Assembly (NCBI GenBank): GCA_041640595.1
Contig: JBEPZY010000009.1
Coordinates: 100,263 to 164,262 of the forward strand
Reading direction: 5' to 3'
Length of the DNA stretch: 64,000 bases
From: Gemmatales bacterium
Lineage (GTDB): Bacteria > Planctomycetota > Planctomycetia > Gemmatales > HRBIN36
Part shown: positions 1-9,303 of the stretch, piece after piece
Position numbering within the stretch: the first letter of the stretch is position 1
Layout: every line of letters starts with the position of its first letter
Program-made: the position numbers and the translations under genes
Notes under the pieces: model-generated
The model's database searches: none
The model's input: only the letters and a program-made list of their open reading frames with translations
Told to the model about the DNA's origin: nothing

Positions 1-279
1 GGTAAGCCAGCCGTGGTGAACGCAACGGTTGCACCGGCAGGAAACGCACTTCCGCAACGGCGTCCCGCTTGCAATCAAGAGCGGCTGGCGTAAGCCAGCC
101 GTGGTGAACGCAACCGTTGCACCGGCGGGAAACGCACTTCTGCAACGGCGTCCGGCTTGCGATCAGGAGCGGCTGGCGTAAGCCAGCCGTGGTGAACGCA
201 ACCGTTGCACCGGCGGGAAACGCACTTCTGCAACGGCGTCCGGCTTGCGATCAGGAGCGGCTGGCGTAAGCCAGCCGTG
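1..279. repeat. 88-bp tandem repeat (about 3.2 copies, cut by the window start), REP/BIME-like
   Basis: Hairpin CGGCTGGCGTAAGCCAGCCG at 82, 170 and 258 (period 88), partial copy at 1-13; the intervening sequence is near-identical between copies. Confidence 0.9.
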
Positions 280-585
280 ATGGGCGAGCGTGATTGCAAT
301 GGCGAAAACGCAGTTGGTAACGGCGATCGGGCGGTCGCATGTTGTTGGAACCGCGTAGGCATTCCGTGAAATGAACCCGGCTGGCCAACCTCTGCCGCTC
401 CAGGTTGGGGGCGTGGATTTTCCACTTTGCAGGCGGATTCGCCGAGTGTAAATTTGTGGGGGGACGAACAACTGCGGAGCTTTCGGCAACGGCTGCCTTG
501 GTCAAAAGCCGAGGCGAAATTGAACCGCTCCGGACGGCAGCCATTCCCCTGACACTCGGGTGGTGTCCTCGTAAGGAGAACCAGC

Positions 586-1245
586 GTGGGCAGATCAGCA
601 ATAGCGAAGGATGATCGCGACGGCCTTCGTTCTCGCGTTGGCTGGCAATGGTGGACGGGTGCCTGGGTAATTCTCGGCCTGGCTGCTGGGTTCAGCGCGG
701 CGGTTTGGGCACAGGATACCGAAAATCTGCCGCCGGGCATTCGCAAAACCGAGCAAGGCTATTTGCATGTGGCATCGCAATTTGAGCTCCGGCCGGGCAA
801 GGATTGGCTCGTAAAGTCGCCTGAACTGGTGCAGAAGTTTCCCGCGTTTTCGCTGCGGCGACGCCTCCCTGGCCAGGAAAAGGGGGTGGTCGAGGTTAGC
901 ATTACCCTGGTGCCCATGGGGGAGTTGCCGCTCCAGGAAATTGTCCAGCAAGAACTGCAGGTCTTGCAACTGATTTACGGTGCGAAAATGGTTGGCGATG
1001 CGGAAGAGGTGGACCTGGCCACACAACCGCCGCGCAAGGGTTACCGTATTCTCCTGCAGGATGGCCCTTCCCGCAACGGTCGGGAAGCGGGGGTCGTGTA
1101 TCTGTTTGCGACCGGCGACGATCCGAAAACGGCCTGGCGGGTTCGTGTCCGGGCTAGCTGGAACAAACCGGCCACCAAAGAAGCTGCTGCCGAGGTCGAA
1201 AAATTGTTGCCTTCCCTCCACATCGTCCAGCAGGAAGGGCAGTAA
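586..1245 (+). CDS. Hypothetical exported protein
   Basis: 219-aa ORF; hydrophobic segment followed by AVWA-QD signal-peptidase-like site; start uncertain. Confidence 0.7.
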   Translation: MGRSAIAKDDRDGLRSRVGWQWWTGAWVILGLAAGFSAAVWAQDTENLPPGIRKTEQGYLHVASQFELRPGKDWLVKSPELVQKFPAFSLRRRLPGQEKGVVEVSITLVPMGELPLQEIVQQELQVLQLIYGAKMVGDAEEVDLATQPPRKGYRILLQDGPSRNGREAGVVYLFATGDDPKTAWRVRVRASWNKPATKEAAAEVEKLLPSLHIVQQEGQ

Positions 1246-1272
1246 GCTGCCGACTTGCTGACTGCTTCCTCC

Positions 1273-1623
1273 TCAGCGAACCAGACCGTCTTTGAATACG
1301 AAAGCCACCGCTGCGATAATGAGCAAAAACGCCACCAGGTAATTCCACTTGAAGTCCTCACGCAAATACCAGATCGAGAACGCCGAAAACACCATCAGCG
1401 TAATCGCTTCCTGAATGATTTTGAGCTGGGCGACGGTCATGCGTTCGTGCCCGATCCGGTTGGCTGGCACCTGCAGGCAGTATTCGAAAAAAGCGATACA
1501 CCAGCTGGCCAGTATCGCCGACCACAGGGCGCTTTGTTTGTAACGCAGATGCCCATACCAGGCGAAGGTCATGAAGATGTTCGAGAGTGTGAGCAAAAGG
1601 ACTGTCAGGGCGATTTCGCGCAT
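1273..1623 (-). CDS. DMT-family small membrane protein (DUF486-like)
   Basis: SNIFMTFAWYGHL, FEYCLQVPANRIG and QLKIIQEAITL motifs; four hydrophobic segments. Confidence 0.9.
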   Translation of the reverse strand: MREIALTVLLLTLSNIFMTFAWYGHLRYKQSALWSAILASWCIAFFEYCLQVPANRIGHERMTVAQLKIIQEAITLMVFSAFSIWYLREDFKWNYLVAFLLIIAAVAFVFKDGLVR

Positions 1624-2000
1624 AGACCGAATTTCCACCTTTCAGCCGTTCGCTGAGCAGGGCACTACATGCCGCGACACACCGTCCGTTGTCAAGACGA
1701 TCCGCACGGCACGCCTGCCACGGACTGCCTCAGCCCCCACCATCGCCACAAAAGCGGTCATGGTTGTCAAGACAGTCCGCGCGGCATGGCTGCCACGTAT
1801 TGCTTTTGCCGGGCTTGAATCCAAGCACGCTTCCGGCGTCCCTGAATTCTTTGCACACGCTTCCCACTCCGCAAGGGGCGGGAACCTCATCGTGCCTGGA
1901 AAATCAAGGAAAAACGCGTCGGAGACTCTCCCGCAAGCGACGGTAGAGCTATTCTCCCCAACCGCGTGACCAGTCCCAAACTCGCCGGCGCGAACGTAAC

Positions 2001-2090
2001 CCAGATACCACACCCGCACCGAGCCATCCTCACATCCGCATACAGGATACCGGCCATCGAGCATCACGGCCAGACTTAGGAACCAGTTTT
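2001..2090 (-). pseudogene. Single WD40 repeat remnant
   Basis: NWFLSLAVMLDGRYPVCGCEDGSVRVWYL matches a WD40 blade; no flanking repeats or intact gene. Confidence 0.55.
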
Positions 2091-2171
2091 GCGGGACGCT
2101 TCTGGCAGATAAAGCGTGTCTGGCTACCAGTCGCGGCCAGACCTGGAACCTATTTTACTCTGTCTAAAAGA

Positions 2172-2532
2172 TGACCTATCCCCAGCTTTAGTTGGGCAGG
2201 CCGCTTCGCAGAACCCCGTCAGACAATGGCTTATAAAAGTCCTATTTGTCGGTCTCGGGAACCAAACGCCCCCTCGTTCCAGCATTCGGTACGAGAATAG
2301 GACTGGCATTGCTGCAGACGACCATCACCAAACGCCACCTCATTCCAGCGTTCGGTCTGCCCATTGCAGCCCACCGCGTGCCGGGCGATTGACTACCTCC
2401 TTTGAAGCCCCGAAGAAACTCGGCGGAGTTCTCGATGCTCCCTCTGTCCCCGGAAAAACAGGCCATCTGACGGAACCGTCATTATCCGCCCGCCTTACGT
2501 CCGGGTGAGCCCCAAAGCTGGGGGATGAGTCA
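2172..2532. mobile_element. MITE-like element, copy 1
   Basis: Imperfect terminal inverted repeats TGACCTATCCCCAGCTTT / AAAGCTGGGGGATGAGTCA (TG...CA ends); no credible ORF. Confidence 0.6.
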
Positions 2533-2543
2533 GCAATCACGGC

Positions 2544-2843
2544 CGACCTATCCCCAGTTTTGGTAAGGGCAGGCGATTTCGCAACACACCCCCAGACAAG
2601 AGGTTACGAAAACTCCCATTTTTCCGGCCTCACGCACCTGGCGCTCACATCGTTGCAGCGTTTGGCCAAGCCGATCGCAGCCAATTGCGTCCCTAGCGGT
2701 CGGCGGCCCTTTGCCAAAACCTGAGCAAGCACAGGCGGGCCTTGCGTGTTCCAAATGACCCCGGAAAAACAGGCCATCTGACGTAACCGTTATCATCCGC
2801 CCGCCTTACGTCCGGTTGAGCCCCAAAGCTGGGGGATGAGTCA
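2544..2843. mobile_element. MITE-like element, copy 2
   Basis: Left end CGACCTATCCCCAGTTTT; the right ~85 bp is near-identical to copy 1. Confidence 0.6.
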
Positions 2844-2856
2844 GCAATCACGCCGC

Positions 2857-2886
2857 TTGACGCCCATGCGGCGCGGACAGTAAAAT
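2857..2886 (+). promoter_or_regulatory. Sigma70-type promoter of tRNA-Ile
   Basis: TTGACG-18 bp-TAAAAT, 10 bp upstream of the tRNA. Confidence 0.7.
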
Positions 2887-2896
2887 ACGCTGTGCT

Positions 2897-2970
2897 GGGC
2901 GCATAGCTCAGTTGGTCAGAGCGCATCCCTGATAAGGATGAGGTCGCAGGTTCGAATCCTGCTGCGCCCA
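2897..2970 (+). tRNA. tRNA-Ile(GAT), CCA not encoded
   Basis: Acceptor GGGCGCA/TGCGCCC, D arm GCTCAGTTGGTCAGAGC, anticodon arm CATCC-CTGATAA-GGATG, T arm GCAGG-TTCGAAT-CCTGC. Confidence 0.98.
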
Positions 2971-3232
2971 CTGGACGATTGTACACTAAGTGGCACGGAT
3001 TGCTAAGTAGCGATACGGACGTAACTTGCGGTTGGGGGCTGTTTTGGCGGCTGTGCTCTATATCGCTTGATAACGCCGTTTGGTCATGCGGATTTCGCTG
3101 CGCCGGGATATTCCCGCTCTGTATTGTCGGAATTTCGTTGCCTTGCTGGTTCTGGACACGCTGGCTCCGGGCAATGGAACTGGTGCAAAAATGGCTTCTC
3201 CGTCATAGCCACGGCTTCGTACTCCGCTGTCC

Positions 3233-3530
3233 ATGAGAGGGGATAAATTGTCCCTTTCCACTATCCGCACTCTGGTCATTCACAGTCTTGGCCACTCTGC
3301 TGGGCCTCTATCCACCTGGTAAACGCCGCGGCAGATCACGCATCTACGAGGATTCCCTCACTCTCTGGCCGTTTCAGATCCGTCACCGGCTCTCCTACCG
3401 CGAAGGTGCTCAGTATCGCCCAGCAGCAGGGATTTCGAGTGCCGTCTTTGCAAGCCTGCCACTACCGCGTGCATGAGTTGGATCCTGAGTTACTGCAAAG
3501 ACCTTCACTGCCGAATCTCGGCCGGGGACA
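3233..3530 (+). pseudogene. Frameshifted N-terminal fragment of an IS (IS5/IS982-like DDE) transposase
   Basis: Joining frames gives RRGRSRIYEDSLTLWPFQIRHRLSYRE/VLSIAQQQGFRVPSLQACHYRVHELDPELLQ, the GRxRxY...LSYR...PSL..R pattern of transposase N-termini; no DDE core follows. Confidence 0.55.
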
Positions 3531-3598
3531 CCGTGGAACAAAAAAAATTATTGTTCACCAGAGGGCGATGCCGAGCGTATATTAATACAGAGCAACCC

Positions 3599-3982
3599 GG
3601 GGGCGAACTGGCTTCGACCGGGTGTGCGAAAGCGTCAGTGGCGTGTCGTGGTTGGTCGGTGGGCCACGTAAAAAGCCGACCGAACCCAAAGTGCCGAAGC
3701 GCACTACGCTCTGGCTGCCTAACCCTACACCGCAGCCCCGAACCGCGAGCCTTGCCTGAGGGCGAGCGGATCTCGGCGATGCTTATCAGGCCCCCAGCAG
3801 CAGCTACCGGCGGAACTGCTGGCGGTAACCATGGCCGGTTAGCGATGGGTCGGTCCCGCCTGCTGGATCGCCCGGAGCGAAACGGCACGACCGATTTTCG
3901 GTACGGCCACAAAAGCAGGCTACACACGTAGAAGCTGGCGCGGAGCCACTCCGGGACGCGGGTTCGATTCCCGCCGCCTCCA
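3599..3982 (+). ncRNA. ssrA: tmRNA; tag peptide (A)AEAHYALAA at 3693-3722; CCA not encoded
   Basis: 5' GGGGGCGAACTGGCTTCGAC; 3' T arm GCGGGTTCGATTCCCGC and CGCCTCCA with G3.U pair; internal tag ORF ending YALAA-stop. Confidence 0.97.
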
Positions 3983-4165
3983 CTGTCATGCCTCTCCATG
4001 TTGGTTCGCAAAGCCTCGTACCGAGCCGTCCAAACCGTTTCCATGCGATCGCCCCGCCCGCACTACCGTAGCGCGGTTGACGATCTGACGCTGCTTGCAA
4101 GCGGGACCGCTCCATCCGCATAAACCCGACAAGTGTCCCCAGACACGTCCATAGTCGCAGAAACG

Positions 4166-4445
4166 ATCGCGGACAATCGTGGCGGAAACTCCGGGCATAG
4201 ATGGAACCTCCTTCGGGGTGCCCGCGACCACCGCGGATTATCCTTGCGGTAAGACGCTCTGAACGCTCTACTAGGCACTGTGTGCGATACATATCCGAAA
4301 ACGCTGCTGACCATCGCGGGCAATCCTTGCGGAAGGATGCGGCTGTCCCTGACCATCGCGGATTATCGTTGCGGTAGCACGCTCCGATGCCGGCCAAATA
4401 GCGGAACGCTTGCAAAGCCACCGCGGACAGTCCTTTCCAGACGAA
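4166..4445. repeat. Five dispersed ~21-27 bp imperfect palindromic repeats
   Basis: Core AYCGCGGAYWATCSTTGCGG at 4166, 4230, 4313, 4355 and 4420 (last copy degenerate). Confidence 0.75.
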
Positions 4446-4720
4446 CGGTTTGCGGACGTGCTTCTCATCGAGCTTGCGGCCAATCGCCGGGAGCATTCGT
4501 TCGCTCAGCGTGCAGCTAGCTGAAAACGACATCCGTTTCCGTTCGCCATTTTCCAGTTCTTGATGTGGCGTAACGCTTTCCGGGCTTGAAGTTTGCAACC
4601 GATATTTGCCTCCGTGTTTGGGACGTCACGCAACCATCCCTGCCTGATTTGTAACGTTTGCAAACTCTCCAGCGTTAACCATCTGGGCCGAAACAAGGGC
4701 AACCGAAAAGGAGACCCAGC

Positions 4721-7699
4721 ATGAATCTCGTCAACAACCAAGGCTTCCACAATCCTCAACCCGCGACTGGTGCCGAGTTGTTCAGCGCCGACCGGCATCC
4801 TTTGCTTGAACGCGAAGCCGTGCGACAAATTGGTATCCACGGGGCTCGGGGCACCGGTAAAACCTGTTATCTTGCCTCGTTGTACGGCCGCAGGATTAAC
4901 TACGACCTGGGGTTCAGCCTCTCGTTGGACGACAACAATCCCGAGGATTCGCTCGATCACCTCAGCCACGCCTGGCAGGCGTTGCAGAAAGGTAGCGTGC
5001 CTCCCGCCACGGCAGCGGTCAATCCGTTCCGTCTCTCTTTCACCGTAACGCATTGTGGCCAGAGCTGGTCTGTCCGGACTCTCGATTACGCCGGCGTTCT
5101 CGTCGAGCGTACCCCCACCGGCGCCCAGGACCTCAAGATGGAAGTGCAACAATGGCTCTGCCAGTGCGACGGACTGCTCATTTTCGTGGACCTCAGCGAA
5201 CAGCCTCAGAATTTGCTCGACCGCCTCAACGAAGTGGACCTTCTGCTCAACCGCCTCCGCAAACTCAGCCCGGATGGCCAAACCGTACCCATCCCCGTAG
5301 CCGTCGTCTTCACCAAATGGGATTGCGTGGCTAAAGACCTGCAAGGGGCTGATTTCGCCAGTCAACAGCAGAAACTCCGTCACTATCTCGCTAACCATGC
5401 CGAGTTCAAGCAGTTTTATGACCAGATCCAGCTCAGCGGCGAGCGAGTCGAGGTTTTTCCGGTTTCGGTTTTCGGCAAATATCAGGGCAATAATCTCCCG
5501 CCGCCGCAGGGAGCTCAACCTTTCGGTATTCACGAGCCCATCCTCTGGGTGCTTCAGGAATGCGATCAGGCAATTTTCGATGCCACCGAGGCGCGAGTGA
5601 CCCCGCTCCTGAACAAACGCTGGGCCAACTACGCGAAAGCCATTGCTACTTATAACTCAATCGCCAGAAAACGCCTGATTGTTCGTGGGCCGGTCGCAGA
5701 TAGTTTCGCCCAGGCCATTCGCCAGCTGCGTATGCGTGCCGCCTTTCGCTTCACACGCCTGGCCGCTTCTATCCTATTCACCTCGGTGCTGCTGACCCTG
5801 TCCGGAATGTTAGGCTGGGATACCTATCGCTACCACGCCGCCCTTAGGGCACTAAACGACGTTCGGTATTTGCCGGAAATGAAAGAACAAGCCGCCCTGG
5901 ATTACATCAAAACAGCTAACCCCTTTGCACAGTGGCTCGGTCGTCGTCAGCGCGTCGAGGAACATCTCGCTAAGTTGCGCAATGACTGGCACGACGCTGA
6001 CTATAATGAATTACTATCGTTCTGGACAGCACACGAAGCGGACGAAACTAAGCAGCAGGAAATCGTAACCCGCACACGCCAGTTTCTAAATCGGTGGCCC
6101 GATAGTCCTTGCCGTTCTGAAGTTGAAACCTGGCAGCGAAACGCCGATGCCATTGTCCGTAAGCAACACGAGCAAAAAGCCTGGGAGGGTCTGGTGCAAT
6201 TCTTCACCCAGCATGATAAAGACTCCGAGGCGGAACAACGCATTAACAGGATCGAAACGTTTTTGCGTGAGTATCCCGAGTCTGACTATAAGGAAGATGC
6301 ACTAAGCTTAAAAAGAACCGCCGAAGATGCTCACAAGCGCTGGCAACAGTTCCAGACCCTGCTAAGTGACTGGCCACAAATAAAGCAGGAATGTGAGACC
6401 TTGACCATCGGCGGTAATTCTGATGCGGCCGTTAAAAGGTGCGTGGAATTCCGAGCCAAATGCCAGCAGTTTCAACGGTCAGTATGGTCATCTCCAACTT
6501 ATAAAGAGTATAGCGACGAGCTGGCCCGGCTCCTAGACGAGATTGACAAGACCGGCGACCAATGTCAGTGGCGGGGAGTCGAACTTTATACCGCTCGCAA
6601 CCCTTCAAACTATGACGAAATCATCAAGAGGGCGAAAGCATATAAGGACAGCACAACATTCGCCACTAAGTATTTCGAGAAGGCAGCGGATAAGCTTATG
6701 ATGCAGACCCTGCGAAGTGAATGGTCCCAGATACAAGTCGAATGTGAGAACCTGACCAACGGCGGTAACTCTGATGCGGCCGTTGAAAAGTGCAAGGAAT
6801 TCCGAACCAAATGCCGGCAGTTTCAACAGTCCGTCTGGTCATCTCCAACTGATAAAGAGTATCGCGACGAGCTGGCCCAGCTCCTTGACGAGATTGACAA
6901 GACCGGCGACCAATATCAGTGGCGGGGAGTCAAACTTTATGCCGATCGCAACCGTTCACACTATGAGCAAATCATCGAGAAGGCGGAAGCATATAAGGAC
7001 AGCAAAATCTTCACCACTAAAAGCTATGATAAGGAAGCGGATAGTCTCATCGAAAAGACGGCTGAGAGCTGGGACTCCGCACTGTATAACGGTTTTCGGA
7101 ACGCTGCCATCTACGCCGCTGGTCTGGCAGTCGAGACCAACGATATGGAGCGAAAGACCCGCGCATTTGAAGATGCGGCCAAGTTAGCCCGTGCATATCT
7201 TGAGAGCAAATGCCCAAAGAAAAAACATAAGTCAACCGTGGAAAAATGGTTGCAATGGTTCGATGGAATCAACAAACCTGCCGTAGCGTTAACGGTGATT
7301 ATCGTCGATGCTCAATTAGCTGACAATGCGGAGACCATCTATGATCCGTTCGATCCGCCTGATGTGGAAATTACCCTGGAACTCAGCACACAGGCAGGCC
7401 AAAACCAGCAATGGAAAACCCCCGTCGTGAATAATAGCTTTGCTCCGAGGTATAACGTCGAATGCAGGAATGTTATGGTAAGCTGGAACGACCGCAACGC
7501 AAAGCTAAAACTGACTCTAACCGACAAGGACATAGCCTCTGATGACGAGTTGCCTATAACTTTCCAGGGGCCAGATGTGATTTTCCTGCTGGAAGGCTGG
7601 GTTTGGGTACAGGATGGGCCAGGACGCCATCACATTCGCTTTTCCTGTGAGCAATTGCGGCCACCAACCTTGCCTGAGTATGGTAACAATCCTCTATAA
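4721..7699 (+). CDS. Membrane-anchored P-loop GTPase (DO-GTPase2-like) with helical repeats and a C-terminal C2 domain
   Basis: G1 GARGTGKT, G3 DYAG, G4 TKWD, FPVSVFG, PFGIHEPILW; TM near 5750-5820; 117-aa tandem duplication; C2-like KTPVVNNSFAPRYN and DKDIASDDEL; AAGGAG RBS. Confidence 0.85.
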   Translation: MNLVNNQGFHNPQPATGAELFSADRHPLLEREAVRQIGIHGARGTGKTCYLASLYGRRINYDLGFSLSLDDNNPEDSLDHLSHAWQALQKGSVPPATAAVNPFRLSFTVTHCGQSWSVRTLDYAGVLVERTPTGAQDLKMEVQQWLCQCDGLLIFVDLSEQPQNLLDRLNEVDLLLNRLRKLSPDGQTVPIPVAVVFTKWDCVAKDLQGADFASQQQKLRHYLANHAEFKQFYDQIQLSGERVEVFPVSVFGKYQGNNLPPPQGAQPFGIHEPILWVLQECDQAIFDATEARVTPLLNKRWANYAKAIATYNSIARKRLIVRGPVADSFAQAIRQLRMRAAFRFTRLAASILFTSVLLTLSGMLGWDTYRYHAALRALNDVRYLPEMKEQAALDYIKTANPFAQWLGRRQRVEEHLAKLRNDWHDADYNELLSFWTAHEADETKQQEIVTRTRQFLNRWPDSPCRSEVETWQRNADAIVRKQHEQKAWEGLVQFFTQHDKDSEAEQRINRIETFLREYPESDYKEDALSLKRTAEDAHKRWQQFQTLLSDWPQIKQECETLTIGGNSDAAVKRCVEFRAKCQQFQRSVWSSPTYKEYSDELARLLDEIDKTGDQCQWRGVELYTARNPSNYDEIIKRAKAYKDSTTFATKYFEKAADKLMMQTLRSEWSQIQVECENLTNGGNSDAAVEKCKEFRTKCRQFQQSVWSSPTDKEYRDELAQLLDEIDKTGDQYQWRGVKLYADRNRSHYEQIIEKAEAYKDSKIFTTKSYDKEADSLIEKTAESWDSALYNGFRNAAIYAAGLAVETNDMERKTRAFEDAAKLARAYLESKCPKKKHKSTVEKWLQWFDGINKPAVALTVIIVDAQLADNAETIYDPFDPPDVEITLELSTQAGQNQQWKTPVVNNSFAPRYNVECRNVMVSWNDRNAKLKLTLTDKDIASDDELPITFQGPDVIFLLEGWVWVQDGPGRHHIRFSCEQLRPPTLPEYGNNPL
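6353..7054 (+). repeat. Intragenic 351-bp (117-aa) tandem duplication
   Basis: CAGACCCTGC at 6353 and 6704; GGNSDAAV...VWSSPT.KEY.DELA.LLDEIDKTGDQ.QWRGV occurs twice. Confidence 0.95.
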
Positions 7700-7773
7700 G
7701 GCCGACAGCAACCGACTCGCGGCCATGCAGCTTAGTTAGAAATGACCACCATGGGAAAGACAAGTGGACCCCT

Positions 7774-9282
7774 ATGTACCCCAACCTAACTGCTATGAGC
7801 AACGAAACGCCGACTGTCAGTACAAGTGGCAGCGCACCGCCCCCGCAGGAGATCAGCGCTGAGATTGAGGTTCCCTACGCGGTTCATCGCTGGTTCGCCA
7901 GCGGTGAAGGCTGGGCATACCATCCGGACATAGACCTCAAGCAGGTGCGAAGGTGGGCGACCAGGATACTTGCAAATCGTAGCGACGTCTGGCAGCCCAC
8001 GCCCGAGGGCGAACAGGTTAGTGAGGCCCTGGAGAAAGAACAGTTACCTTGCGATACCGGGCATAACCTATGCCTCGTATATAGGCATTACGCGGATAAG
8101 GAGTGTCCGGATCCGAGAGCAAAGCAGCGTTTCCCAACCGTACTTATCGTGGCATTAGCTCACGACCTCAATGATGCAGAAATCAAAGAAGTGCAAAAGC
8201 AACTTAGTGCACTCCACGACAAGGACTTACCGCAACAACCAGGGCGCCAGGATACCCTCAAACTCATAGTAAAGCGAATCCCCGCGCCTACCGCGAACGA
8301 CCAACCGGTAACTCCTGATAATATCCCGGCCAGTAATCAACCTGATGCTCATCCTGACGTTCATCGGCCGGCCCATCGTTCGTTCAAGCCGGTTATGCTG
8401 TGTGGGGCGGTGTCCGTGTTGTTAGCGGTTGGTGTCGCAATCTACTTGGAACTTTTTCTGCCGGAAACACCGGTCAAATCGCAAAGAGTAGATATCAGTC
8501 CGACTGTACCGAGTGAAAGCGGGAATGGTACTGCTTTGGTTGCTCCTACACTGCCTTCTAATGCTGCGCTGTTTGCAAATAACACGAACACTAAGTCCAC
8601 TGATAATCAATCTCCTGGTAGCGCAGCACGTGTGAAGTCCCAACCAGAAGGCGCGGCGCGCTGGAGAAAAGAGGCTGCCGAAGCTATGCTCCGTCATCTG
8701 AAACGCTGGCATAAAAGTGGGCCGCTTATCAAGGAGTTAGACCATGTGCCTTCTCTCAGGCAGGAAGCGCGTCGGCTTCTGGAAGCGAACTTGGAAACCG
8801 TGCCTACAGGCGGCACAATTCCCATGGAGCTGGAAAATCAGATCATGAGCCGATTCTTTCTCGTGCTCAGCCAGGAACCGGTAAGGGATTTATTGAACGA
8901 AGATGTTAAGAACAATACCTGGCAGGGAAAGTTTATGTGGCAGTTTCGTGAGGAACATCCGTATGCTAAGGGGACTTGTCCCAGATGGTATCCAGAATCG
9001 GAACAGGAACTGCGACAGTGGCTCCAAGATCTGGAGCAGTGCTTTACAAGTCATTCCCCAGGTGCACCGAAAGATCATATCGCAGGTGAACCAAATATTA
9101 GGTCTCACGAGGCATCGGACGCAATATCAGACCTGGTTGATCGGGTAGCCGGACGCATTGATTACTTTGCCTGGAAGCAGGCAGTTGAGTCTCTTGGCGG
9201 GAAGCTCAAGGATTGCACAGATACGAGATTGAAAAAATGGGTCGAAAATTTCAGAGCCAGCACGAATGGACCGTCCAGGTGA
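7774..9282 (+). CDS. Hypothetical bitopic membrane protein (N-terminal globular domain, Pro-rich linker, TM, helical domain X)
   Basis: 502-aa ORF; TM VMLCGAVSVLLAVGVAIYLELFL; C-terminus aligns by eye with the downstream gene. Confidence 0.8.
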   Translation: MYPNLTAMSNETPTVSTSGSAPPPQEISAEIEVPYAVHRWFASGEGWAYHPDIDLKQVRRWATRILANRSDVWQPTPEGEQVSEALEKEQLPCDTGHNLCLVYRHYADKECPDPRAKQRFPTVLIVALAHDLNDAEIKEVQKQLSALHDKDLPQQPGRQDTLKLIVKRIPAPTANDQPVTPDNIPASNQPDAHPDVHRPAHRSFKPVMLCGAVSVLLAVGVAIYLELFLPETPVKSQRVDISPTVPSESGNGTALVAPTLPSNAALFANNTNTKSTDNQSPGSAARVKSQPEGAARWRKEAAEAMLRHLKRWHKSGPLIKELDHVPSLRQEARRLLEANLETVPTGGTIPMELENQIMSRFFLVLSQEPVRDLLNEDVKNNTWQGKFMWQFREEHPYAKGTCPRWYPESEQELRQWLQDLEQCFTSHSPGAPKDHIAGEPNIRSHEASDAISDLVDRVAGRIDYFAWKQAVESLGGKLKDCTDTRLKKWVENFRASTNGPSR

Positions 9283-9303
9283 GCAATAAAGGAGACGGCA
9301 CGA

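Noticed and set aside
1..279. CRISPR array
   Set aside because: Sequences between hairpins are near-identical rather than unique spacers; no cas genes in the window
4166..4445. CRISPR array or integron attC sites
   Set aside because: Irregular spacing, degenerate copies, no cas or integrase, no cassette ORFs
3473..4598. ORFs 3473-3931, 3505-4044 and 3804-4598
   Set aside because: Overlap tmRNA and the DNA repeats; no protein-like motifs
4505..5533. 342-aa minus-strand ORF
   Set aside because: Antisense shadow of the GTPase gene
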